Below, piece after piece: positions 1-8,139 of a stretch of 34,055 nucleotides of DNA (the first letter of the stretch is position 1; the number at the start of each line of letters is the position of its first letter). Under the pieces are notes generated by a model. That model was not told the DNA's origin and made no database searches. It saw only the letters and a list, made by a program, of their open reading frames with translations. The translations under genes and the position numbers were made by a program. The DNA is from Candidatus Thalassarchaeum sp. (GTDB lineage: Archaea; Thermoplasmatota; Poseidoniia; Poseidoniales; Thalassarchaeaceae). The stretch is from NCBI GenBank assembly GCA_022449845.1, contig JAKUOE010000005.1:1-34055 (forward strand). The letters run 5' to 3'.

Positions 1-116
1 GCGGGGATGGTGGGGTCATACAATTTCTTGGGCCCATAATCCCCAGGTTTTGCACCCAAATGTATTCGGTCACGAGGGTGTCCAGGCAAGTGTTGAAAAC
101 TGCGTATGTAAGGCAT
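1..116 (-). CDS. 5' part of a hypothetical protein running off the window edge (MPYIRSFQHLPGHPRDRIHLGAKPGDYGPKKLYDPTIP...)
   Basis: ATG at 114-116 on the minus strand; frame open to position 1; AT-rich TATA-like sequence near 147-155. No recognisable motif. Confidence 0.4.
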   Translation of the reverse strand, partial: MPYIRSFQHLPGHPRDRIHLGAKPGDYGPKKLYDPTIP

Positions 117-161
117 ACAACCCAGAATGGGTTGACTTATCGCCCTTGAATATATTGGGAT

Positions 162-830
162 TCAATCTTCAGTTTCCCCTGGTGTCATTTTGTCCCAAAG
201 GAGTACACCGAGCAAGGCACCCATGATTGGACCCACGGTGTAGATGATGAGATCGATATTGTTCTCCATGTCACCAAAGACCCACACGCCAGCCCAGCGA
301 GCTGGATTCATTGCCGCACCGGTGAGTGGACCACCCATCAGGATGTCCGCCATGACCACCAGACCAATGCCGAAGCCGGCAATGCCTGCTGGGGCGCGGT
401 CATCCACAGCAGTCCCCATGATGACGGTCATCAACAGGAATGTCAGGACGGCTTCAATGAGAATGGCTGGCTGAGTACTAACTTCGATAATCGTGTCACC
501 TGGGGCAGGAGTTCCGACACCCCCTGCGCCGATGGAATAGAGAATGCCACCTGCGATGAAGGCACCAGCCAATTGTGCTGCGATGTACTTTGCACCGAGT
601 TTGGAATCGATTCGATTGGTCGCCATGAAGCCGATTGTGACGGCCGGATTGATGTGTGCTCCTGAGATGTTCATCGTCGCAGTGACCATGACAGAGAGGA
701 TGATACCGTGAGCAGCAGCGACGGCGAGAAGATCACCACCGACGACCCAGATTGAGCCCGCGCCAATGAACGTCAAGGCGAACGTGGCGATTCCTTCAGC
801 ATACAACTTGGCTTGTGTTTCTTTGCACAT
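162..830 (-). CDS. MIP family channel (aquaporin/aquaglyceroporin)
   Basis: Both NPA boxes present (SGAHINPAVT, GAAMNPAR) with six hydrophobic segments. Start moved to ATG 830 (MCKETQ), which is preceded by a GAGTGA SD-like sequence. Confidence 0.93.
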   Translation of the reverse strand: MCKETQAKLYAEGIATFALTFIGAGSIWVVGGDLLAVAAAHGIILSVMVTATMNISGAHINPAVTIGFMATNRIDSKLGAKYIAAQLAGAFIAGGILYSIGAGGVGTPAPGDTIIEVSTQPAILIEAVLTFLLMTVIMGTAVDDRAPAGIAGFGIGLVVMADILMGGPLTGAAMNPARWAGVWVFGDMENNIDLIIYTVGPIMGALLGVLLWDKMTPGETED

Positions 831-926
831 ATGATCACTCTGAATCTTAGATTCAGACAGGACCCATCGAAATGCGTCTAAGAACAATGCGGGTCGACAA
901 AGGGGTCGTCGATGGAAAATGCAGAA

Positions 927-2009
927 TCAGTGTACACCCGAGAGGGCCATGATACAACCGAATAAACCGATGATTGGATACGAGGCAAGCGCCACCGTTG
1001 CGCCAATTCCCATCGCTTTTCCACCGCTCGCAGCAAAACCATAGATGATCATTGCGATGGCGGCGAGAGGTGCGGCCATGCACATCAACGACGAGATTAC
1101 TTGCAATGCTTCTAATATGGCCCAGTTGGCATCCGCTTCCTCCATTGCTTCCCGATCATAGGTCTCGACACTGATGTCGAAGGTGTTTCCATGATCTTCC
1201 CCGTCATCATAATGGATGATTCCCGATTGCTGAGTCCAACCTCCGACCGTTTCGCGAATATTGTATTCCATTTCAAATTCTGAGTCGTGGTCTTCACCAT
1301 CATCGAAGTGCAGAACACCCTCGGAGGCATTCCAATGGCCCACTTGTTCTCTATTGTCGTCACCATTGTTCCAAGTCTCCTTGATGATTATGAGTCCACC
1401 ATCTGATTGGGTTTGACAGTCATACCAAGCATCCTCGGAATGCCAATATGGCAACTCACACCAGCCAACTGATTCGTTCTCGTCAAGAGTGAGGTTGGCG
1501 GAGTATGCTGTGCCATTCACGAGAACCAAATCAATCTCATGATCTGTAACTACATAGAGGGTCAAACTAGATTCGTCCGATTCACACTCATACCATTCAT
1601 TTTGCCCTTCATTCTCCTTCACCCAGCAACCCTCAAGGTGTCGGTCTTCAGATATACTGTAATTCGCTGTGTAGGACGTTCCATCGCCCCTTTCCATATC
1701 GATGTTGTCGTATTCATAAACGTCATCGTTCCACGGATCCATGGTGTCTGCAATCATCATTAGAATAATAGGGAGAAGCATGAGGAATAGGGGGACGCCG
1801 AGACCGATGAAGAATTTCTTCCAGATGAAGGGTTCCTTCTGAACCGCATACATTTGACCATCGGGGCCCGTGACATAGTTGTACTCGGCAGAAGCGTCGG
1901 GGGGATTCCCCGATAATGCCTCTACACCGGATAGGGCGCTAGGGGAACCAGTCAAACTAGAGGTGTCCGCAGAAATAATCGGGGAGTCGGGTGCGGACGC
2001 ATCACTCAT
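927..2009 (-). CDS. Acidic membrane protein with an extracytoplasmic internally duplicated domain
   Basis: 360 aa; one N-proximal TM helix and C-terminal hydrophobic helices; Asp/Glu-rich loop with A-A-B-B repeats; overlaps the upstream radical SAM gene by 8 bp. Confidence 0.8.
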   Translation of the reverse strand: MSDASAPDSPIISADTSSLTGSPSALSGVEALSGNPPDASAEYNYVTGPDGQMYAVQKEPFIWKKFFIGLGVPLFLMLLPIILMMIADTMDPWNDDVYEYDNIDMERGDGTSYTANYSISEDRHLEGCWVKENEGQNEWYECESDESSLTLYVVTDHEIDLVLVNGTAYSANLTLDENESVGWCELPYWHSEDAWYDCQTQSDGGLIIIKETWNNGDDNREQVGHWNASEGVLHFDDGEDHDSEFEMEYNIRETVGGWTQQSGIIHYDDGEDHGNTFDISVETYDREAMEEADANWAILEALQVISSLMCMAAPLAAIAMIIYGFAASGGKAMGIGATVALASYPIIGLFGCIMALSGVH

Positions 2010-3504
2010 CGGCGACCTCTCCTTGTGCCATGGGTAAACTGCCCAGTAAATTGCGCTTCTCCTCTGGTGTCAACAGTGCCATGCCTGCCAATGCAAGTTC
2101 ACGACGAATCGGTTCTAGGACCGTTTCTTCCAAATCTCCACGGTAAAACATGTTGAACGTGTCGAATGGAATCAGGCGCAAATCGGGACTGACGATGTGG
2201 ACACAGGTCTTCTTGACGCTGCGGAGATCGAAGGAATGGGCATCGATGAAATCCATGATGATGATGCGGAAGACATTGTCATACGAGAATTCGGTCGGCA
2301 TCTCGAGTTCTGGTAGACAGCACAGCAATTGGGCGAGAGAATGCCCGGCTGAATCGGGGCTGTGCGCAGTGGAAAGCAAATCCAGAATCTTGGCTTTCAA
2401 TTCCTGATCACGCTCAAACTGGATGGTCGAACGAGGTCCTGCGAGCAATGTCTCATCGTCGATATGGCGCGTGAGTGGAACGACGGTCTGACCCATGCGA
2501 AGCCCGTATGCCATGGCAATGGAATCTGGATGACAGGGAACTGGAAGCATGTCCTCAATCTCGAAGGAATCGGATTGTTCGCCAATCATTCGACGGACTT
2601 CGGAAAGTGTCAAGCGATCTTTGGCCATATCGTAATCTTCGTGTCTGCCCGCCTCCTGAATGGGTTGGAAAGTGACACCACGAACACATGTCCAAGACTG
2701 AGCATGCTCAATGATGGTACCAATCTCATGATCGTTGAGTCCCTTCTGTAGCGTCACGACCAGCGTTGTCGATACATTGTGGGCTTCTAGGTTCTCCAAT
2801 GCCCTCTGGCGTACGTCCCGAAGATCTGCACCTCGCAGCCGCATCAACGGTTCTCGCTCAAGACTGTCGAACTGAAGATAGAGTTCGAACCCAGGATTGT
2901 AATCGGCCAATCTAGCGGCGAATTCGGGTTCGTTGGCGATTCGGAGACCGTTGGTGTTGACCATCAGATGCTTGACAGGGCGTTCACGAACTGCATCGAG
3001 AATTTCAAAGAAATTCGGATGAAGGGTGGGCTCGCCACCCGAGATTTGGATGACGTCAGGTTCGAGTTCATTCTCGACGACGGCGTCGAGCATCTCGATG
3101 ATGTGCTCGAGTGTTCGGTAGTCTTCCTTGCGCTCTGGTCCGCTGTCCGCATAGCAAATTGGACACTTGAGGTTGCAATGATCTGTGACCTCGATGAGTG
3201 TCAGGCACGAGTGTTGCTCATGCGAGGGGCAGAGGCCACAATCGTAGGGGCAGCCGTACTTCATCGGCGTGTTCCAGCGTTCGGGCATCTCGCTCGGCTT
3301 GACGTAGACCTCACGGCAGCGACGATAGTAATCCGCATCGTCCGAGATGAGGACCTTTTCGCGCTTCGCACATGAATAGCAGAGTTTGTCCATGTAGACA
3401 TTGTTCTCCTGAATAATGATCTTGCCCTCTGCACGACGCAGACAGTCAGAGCACACGCTGGTGGCAGAATCGTAGAACAGGTAGTCCCGAATCTTGCCGC
3501 TCAT
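2002..3504 (-). CDS. Radical SAM protein of the MJ0619/Tes (GDGT-MAS)-like family
   Basis: N-terminal CSDC...CYSC metal site, auxiliary cluster motif GCPYDCGLCPSH, radical SAM CNLKCPIC, SGGEPTLHP, NTNG, YLQFD and VRGVTFQP; ATGA overlap with the lgt-like gene. Confidence 0.88.
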   Translation of the reverse strand: MSGKIRDYLFYDSATSVCSDCLRRAEGKIIIQENNVYMDKLCYSCAKREKVLISDDADYYRRCREVYVKPSEMPERWNTPMKYGCPYDCGLCPSHEQHSCLTLIEVTDHCNLKCPICYADSGPERKEDYRTLEHIIEMLDAVVENELEPDVIQISGGEPTLHPNFFEILDAVRERPVKHLMVNTNGLRIANEPEFAARLADYNPGFELYLQFDSLEREPLMRLRGADLRDVRQRALENLEAHNVSTTLVVTLQKGLNDHEIGTIIEHAQSWTCVRGVTFQPIQEAGRHEDYDMAKDRLTLSEVRRMIGEQSDSFEIEDMLPVPCHPDSIAMAYGLRMGQTVVPLTRHIDDETLLAGPRSTIQFERDQELKAKILDLLSTAHSPDSAGHSLAQLLCCLPELEMPTEFSYDNVFRIIIMDFIDAHSFDLRSVKKTCVHIVSPDLRLIPFDTFNMFYRGDLEETVLEPIRRELALAGMALLTPEEKRNLLGSLPMAQGEVADE

Positions 3505-4241
3505 GCATTCGTCTGAGGGACATCTTCTATTGAACGTTCACCCGGCTTGCCGTAGGTGAAGAACCACAGCAATCCGAGAACACAGGCCCATTGAATGGGA
3601 GTGAGACCCAGTAATTCGACCGGAGTCGTGTCCTTGATTGAATCCACGATGATGCGCCAGATGAGATACAGCACCATGAACATCTGGAAGCGTTGACCGA
3701 TGAGTGGAGTCTCCCATTTCTCAAGGAATGCCCAGATCGCCCCCAATGCTAGAATTCCATACAATTGAGTCGGATGTCGAGGGCCATCACCGAAATCAAC
3801 ACCCCATGGTAGATCTGTGTGGTATCCATAGGTTGCATCGGGTAGACCTGTCAAGAAGCAACCAATTCGACCGATGGCCATTGAGATGATGAGAGGGGTC
3901 ACGTAGACGTCCCCGGTTCGCACCGTGATTCCGAGGATCTTCTTGGTAATCTCAATCCCAATGGTGCCACCCAACAATCCGCCAACGATGGTCTTCCCAC
4001 CAACGAAAAGAATCGGGACATCAGAACCAATTTGATTTGAATGCTCGAGGAGAGCCAACAATCGAGCACCGAAGAGTGCACCCACCAAGGCAGCGAGAAT
4101 TAACCAGGCCCGATGTTCGCTGTCGACCGTGTCACCATGCAAGCGGCGCTCGCGCATCAGGAATGTGAAACCGGCCACATATCCCAGTAATTCGAAGACC
4201 AGATGGGCAGGAATACCCCAGAAGTCGACAGGGAAGTCCAC
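3501..4241 (-). CDS. Prolipoprotein diacylglyceryl transferase (Lgt)-family membrane protein
   Basis: Multi-TM protein with GGKTIVGGLLGG, IGRIGCFLTG, LPWGVDFGDG and HPTQLY. Start preferred at GTG 4241 (MDFPVDFWG), about 25 bp below a TATA-like box; the ORF track gives 4259. Confidence 0.85.
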   Translation of the reverse strand: MDFPVDFWGIPAHLVFELLGYVAGFTFLMRERRLHGDTVDSEHRAWLILAALVGALFGARLLALLEHSNQIGSDVPILFVGGKTIVGGLLGGTIGIEITKKILGITVRTGDVYVTPLIISMAIGRIGCFLTGLPDATYGYHTDLPWGVDFGDGPRHPTQLYGILALGAIWAFLEKWETPLIGQRFQMFMVLYLIWRIIVDSIKDTTPVELLGLTPIQWACVLGLLWFFTYGKPGERSIEDVPQTNA

Positions 4242-4263
4242 GCCTATCGGTCGGACCACCGGT

Positions 4264-4269
4264 CTTTAA
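4264..4269 (-). promoter_or_regulatory. Putative TATA box (TTAAAG) for the lgt-like / radical SAM operon
   Basis: Lies 23-28 bp upstream of GTG 4241, a spacing consistent with a leaderless archaeal transcript. Confidence 0.4.
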
Positions 4270-4291
4270 CGCTGAGCCGGCATGAATGTAG

Positions 4292-4333
4292 AAAAAGGCC
4301 CGCCAGAGGCACCGAAGCGCCTCTGACGTGCCT
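4292..4333 (-). terminator. GC-rich hairpin with C(UUCG)G loop followed by a U-tract, downstream of the MIP-like gene
   Basis: Minus strand AGGCACGTCAGAGGCGC-TTCG-GTGCCTCTGGCGGGCCT-TTTT: about 16 pairs including G-U, one mismatch, then a T run. Confidence 0.75.
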
Positions 4334-4366
4334 GTGTGTCATCGTGAGGGTTTGCCGAGGTTCGGC

Positions 4367-4963
4367 TCACTCTTCTTCGAATATCTGGTCGCCGAGCATC
4401 AATGCTGCAGCTGCGCCAATACCACCGACGATCATGGTCCCGAAGACCGTGACCATGTTCGCATCTGACCATGCAGATGTGACGATGATGCTGCCGATGC
4501 TGCTCGCTGTGGACAATTCCACGCCTGCGAGGATGAGGACGGCTGCGAAAGCAGCAGAACCCCATGCATCGAGTTTCGTCCAGACTGTCATCAGCAAGAA
4601 GCCGCCGACGAGGGCTGTAACCACATCGGGCATAGCCATGTCTGCTGCTCCACCGGTGGCCAATCCCGAGACATCCATGCCCCAGTACAGTACACCAGCA
4701 CCGATGAGGGCACCGAGAACCTGCATTGCAAAGTTCGATGCACCTGTTTCCCAGTCGGTTTCACCCGCAGCCATGCGGCCAATCGTGATTATTGGCAAAA
4801 TCTCGGATCCCTTGAAGGTCATCCACATGATTGCCAGAGTGACACCTGCGACTCCTGCAGCTGCTGCAGACCCGTGTTCACTTGTGCCTGCCCAATCTCC
4901 GAAAACCAGTAGCGTAACCGCCAAACTGCCGATGAGTTCACCCATCATTCCTTTTTCGTTCAT
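4367..4963 (-). CDS. Divergent MIP/aquaporin-fold membrane protein lacking NPA motifs
   Basis: GELIGS (helix 1 Glu), KGSEILPIITIG in place of SGxHxNPAVT, and QVLGALIGAGVLY match the first MIP half; the second half is degenerate. Confidence 0.7.
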   Translation of the reverse strand: MNEKGMMGELIGSLAVTLLVFGDWAGTSEHGSAAAAGVAGVTLAIMWMTFKGSEILPIITIGRMAAGETDWETGASNFAMQVLGALIGAGVLYWGMDVSGLATGGAADMAMPDVVTALVGGFLLMTVWTKLDAWGSAAFAAVLILAGVELSTASSIGSIIVTSAWSDANMVTVFGTMIVGGIGAAAALMLGDQIFEEE

Positions 4964-5015
4964 ATTTTTTCCATCCTACCCGATTGTATCGAGCGCTTGC
5001 GGCCTCTTTGACGAG

Positions 5016-5023
5016 TATTTAAA
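5016..5023 (-). promoter_or_regulatory. Consensus archaeal TATA box (TTTAAATA) for the 4367-4963 gene
   Basis: Matches TTTAWATA, 53-60 bp upstream of ATG 4963, in an AT-rich intergenic region. Confidence 0.6.
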
Positions 5024-5133
5024 GGAGGGGCATCTATAAAATACGAAAATAGCGGTTTATCGGCACTTTTCTACACGCGGACACGGAAGGGAATTCGTTC
5101 AAATCGTATATGATTTGGCTCGCAGTCACACGT

Positions 5134-5943
5134 TTATCGCTGACAACTCCCACAATAGAAGGTGGAGCGACCCGATTGAACGACCCTTTGAATCCAATTT
5201 GAGCACCCAAGAGAGATGCATTCCTCACCTTCTCTGTCGTACACTGCGAATTCGTGTGGAAAATAACCCAATGTCCCGTCGACCTGGCGAAATTGGCCGT
5301 CTCGAAGCGTCGAACCGCCCGCTTCGATTGCTGTCAACAAGACGGTGCGCGTCTCATCGTGAATGGCGGTGGCCTGTTTCTTTGAGATGTTCTTCGCGAG
5401 CCGTCTTGGTGAGATGCCGGCTCTGAACAAAATTTCGCTTGCGTAAATGTTGCCGATGCCGACAATGATTTTCTGATCCAGCAATGCGGTCTTGATGGAG
5501 ATGTTTCGGGCTCGCAGAGATTCGTGAAGATACTGAGCATTCCATTCATCGCCAAGGGGTTCAGGGCCCAAGTGGTCAAGCAAGGGATGATTGCTGCCGC
5601 CCCGAATCAAATCCTTGATTCCGAATCGACGAGGGTCGGTATACACCAGTCGTGAACCATCGACGAAGTCGACCACGACGTGGTCGTGCTTTCCCTCTAA
5701 TGAGTGACCGAAACGTCCAGTCATCCCAAGATGGGCGAGCCAAGTCAAATCGTTTTCCAATCGAATCAACAGATACTTCGCTCGACGATCGATGCCGAGG
5801 ATTTTGTGACCGGCGATGGAATCCATATCTTCTGGAAATGGGAAACGAAGGTCTGGGCGATTGAGTTCCACAGAAAGGATTCGCTTGCCGACATGAATCA
5901 AGAGACCGCGGCGCACCGTCTCAACTTCGGGCAACTCCGGCAT
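5134..5943 (-). CDS. mutM: Formamidopyrimidine-DNA glycosylase / AP lyase (Fpg)
   Basis: N-terminal MPELPEVET, RRAKYL, HLGMTG, DPRRFG, H2TH GIGNIYASE and C-terminal zinc finger ...RSTFYCGSCQR. Confidence 0.97.
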   Translation of the reverse strand: MPELPEVETVRRGLLIHVGKRILSVELNRPDLRFPFPEDMDSIAGHKILGIDRRAKYLLIRLENDLTWLAHLGMTGRFGHSLEGKHDHVVVDFVDGSRLVYTDPRRFGIKDLIRGGSNHPLLDHLGPEPLGDEWNAQYLHESLRARNISIKTALLDQKIIVGIGNIYASEILFRAGISPRRLAKNISKKQATAIHDETRTVLLTAIEAGGSTLRDGQFRQVDGTLGYFPHEFAVYDREGEECISLGCSNWIQRVVQSGRSTFYCGSCQR

Positions 5944-6610
5944 CAGTACACCACATGGAAAAGGACGTGTTGGTTTTCCCAGCCAGAGAGATCGATTCTC
6001 TCCACCAAGGTGAACCCTGAATCAATCAGGGATTGTTCTGCGTGATTGAACGCCCCGGCTGTATCACGCTCACTGGCGGATTTCAGAGAAAGTATTCCAG
6101 TTCCACCGGGAGCCAAGAATTGATGACAAGATTCGATGAACATCTCAACTTGACCTGATTGTGAGACATCTTGGAACAGCCATGGAACTTTGGTTGTGAC
6201 AAATGGAGAAATTTGAGTAGAATTGCGACAGTCCGCCAAAATCGGAAGGATGCCTGGGCGAGTCGAGGATAGACGAATGATATCACGAATGCATCGTGAA
6301 GAGATATCGACGGCAACAATCGACCCACCGAGGTGATTCTTGGACGCGCACACATGATCGTGCAGGTGACTGATGGTCGTCCCGTGCCTGAACCGAGATA
6401 CAGACATGTTGCGCCAGGTTCGGGGAGCAGGCCACGTTCGCTGGCTTTCAACAATCCAGCACCAAGTTTTGAGGCACGGGGATTCCATTGACGCCACTCC
6501 TTTCGTCCATCTCGCTTGAGACGCTCACCCCGGAGACTGGTGCCTTTCACGGCATTTCTAGACCACAAACTTCGGCCATCGATTCGGACTCGATCAGAGA
6601 AGGTTTTCAT
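5943..6610 (-). CDS. flpA: Fibrillarin-like rRNA/tRNA 2'-O-methyltransferase, interrupted by a 1-nt frameshift at about 6387
   Basis: N-half (WRQWNPRASKLGAG...CLYLGSG) is in ORF 6083-6721 from ATG 6610 with a GGTGA SD. C-half (HGTTISH...VAVDIS...PILAD...FQDVSQ...SLKS) is in ORF 5943-6497. It lies directly downstream of nop5. Confidence 0.9.
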
Positions 6611-6614
6611 TGAA

Positions 6615-7601
6615 TCACCGTCGACTTCTACGAGCCCGAATTTCACCCACTTTCTTCTCGACTTCGGCGACTTGTTTCGAAGTCCACGGTTCGCCCCCAA
6701 AGTGGTCCACTCGGGCGGCAATGGCTACCTTTGATGCAAGCATTCGGGCGATGGGACCGCGGGTCCATTTTGGGCTACGACTAATCCAATGATGTTGAAA
6801 GATGTGACCATGCTTGGGTGGATTGGTGCCTTGACGAAGGTGCATGAAGAAGGCCTTCTCTGCACCAAGAATCTGGATGGTACTGGCTGGAAGTCGGGCC
6901 AGACGAGCCCGCCCATGTGCGGTCGTACACAACTTGGCAGCCAATAGTGGTCCAATCAGAGCGGATAGTGAAGGTAAGTAAGCAAGCGATAATTCGCTAA
7001 CCGAATCCTCCAATTTCCCCACGATAGTGGTGAGATCCACTGCCGATTCAGCCAACGAATGGAGACCGGACCACTCCTTTGTGCCAACATCAACATCAGC
7101 CGATTTGACCTCTAGAAGTTCAGATAATTCCTGTAGATTCGATGAGGCGGCGATTGCGGAAACGATGGAAGGACGGTGTTCATCCAAATTCAAGGTTGGG
7201 AGAAAGAGACCGACCCATTCTACAAGGTTTGATTCAAGTGAGTTTTGGGATACACGAGCTTCATCCAACGCCCTTGAAAGATACTCTAGGCGGCGGTCAG
7301 GATCGGCGGCCGTCTCTGCAACACCCCGCTCTGCAAGTTTCAGTGATGCCTCCTGTAACAAAGCGGAGGAGGAGGCATCCAACTCTGGCCATGAATCGAA
7401 CGACACGGGTTGCGATGTCTTCGCGTCGGGAAAACGATCTGCAAGCGTTCGAGCCTCAGGGGTCATCCGACCTTCCATGAGCAAAGAGAGGCGCTCGACC
7501 AAGGCTGAAGTGCTTTGAACACCATCCCATATACACTCGTCAATGATACGTTCATCATCATCGTAAACGCGAGCCAATCGCCAATCCCACACCAGTTGCA
7601 C
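6615..7601 (-). CDS. nop5: Box C/D sRNP core protein Nop5 (Nop56/58)
   Basis: LPSLSALIGPLLAAKL, LARLPASTIQILGAEKAFF, PPKHGHIFQH and IARMLASKVAIAARVD; adjacent to fibrillarin. Confidence 0.95.
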   Translation of the reverse strand: MQLVWDWRLARVYDDDERIIDECIWDGVQSTSALVERLSLLMEGRMTPEARTLADRFPDAKTSQPVSFDSWPELDASSSALLQEASLKLAERGVAETAADPDRRLEYLSRALDEARVSQNSLESNLVEWVGLFLPTLNLDEHRPSIVSAIAASSNLQELSELLEVKSADVDVGTKEWSGLHSLAESAVDLTTIVGKLEDSVSELSLAYLPSLSALIGPLLAAKLCTTAHGRARLARLPASTIQILGAEKAFFMHLRQGTNPPKHGHIFQHHWISRSPKWTRGPIARMLASKVAIAARVDHFGGEPWTSKQVAEVEKKVGEIRARRSRR

Positions 7602-7701
7602 GCTTCACGCAGACCCCTCTCCTTCAAAGTCCGTGCGGAACGATACATGGGCAATACTGAACATCGTATGTTTCAAGTGTGATTAGTTCACCGGTGCGCC
7701 C

Positions 7702-8055
7702 ATGTTCTGTCCCGAATGTGGAACACTAGCATTCCCAGACCCCTCTGGGAAAATCAAGTGCCCCAATTACGAATGTGGTTATCACGGTGGTTCGGAAAAC
7801 AAGATTACAATGGAAGATGGGACAGAAATTGACATCTCTAAAGCAGCCTCTAGCAGCAAGGCGGAAGCTCGGGACCGAAGGGTCATTGAAGATGCGGACC
7901 AGCAGCGGGGTGTTCTGACAACGAACACCTATGTCTGCCCCAAATGTGACACAGACAAGGTCTACGCAGAACTACAGCAAACCCGCTCCTCAGACGAGCC
8001 TGAAACACGCATCCTGACCTGTGGTGAGTGCGGGCATGGATGGCGCGAATACTGA
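7702..8055 (+). CDS. tfs: Transcription elongation/cleavage factor TFS (RpoM/TFIIS family)
   Basis: Two Zn ribbons (FCPECG...CPNYECGY; CPKC...CGECG) and the catalytic hairpin QTRSSDEPET. Confidence 0.95.
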   Translation: MFCPECGTLAFPDPSGKIKCPNYECGYHGGSENKITMEDGTEIDISKAASSSKAEARDRRVIEDADQQRGVLTTNTYVCPKCDTDKVYAELQQTRSSDEPETRILTCGECGHGWREY

Positions 8056-8139
8056 GTTCTGCGCTTGAACACCGTAGGTGTTCTGAAGTGAACCCTTTTG
8101 AGCCCCCTCTGCTCAGAACTCGATGGATACGGTGGACGG

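Noticed and set aside
4203-5039. 278-aa plus-strand ORF
   Set aside because: Antisense shadow of the MIP-like gene and its terminator; Ala/Pro/Thr/Met-rich with no motif.
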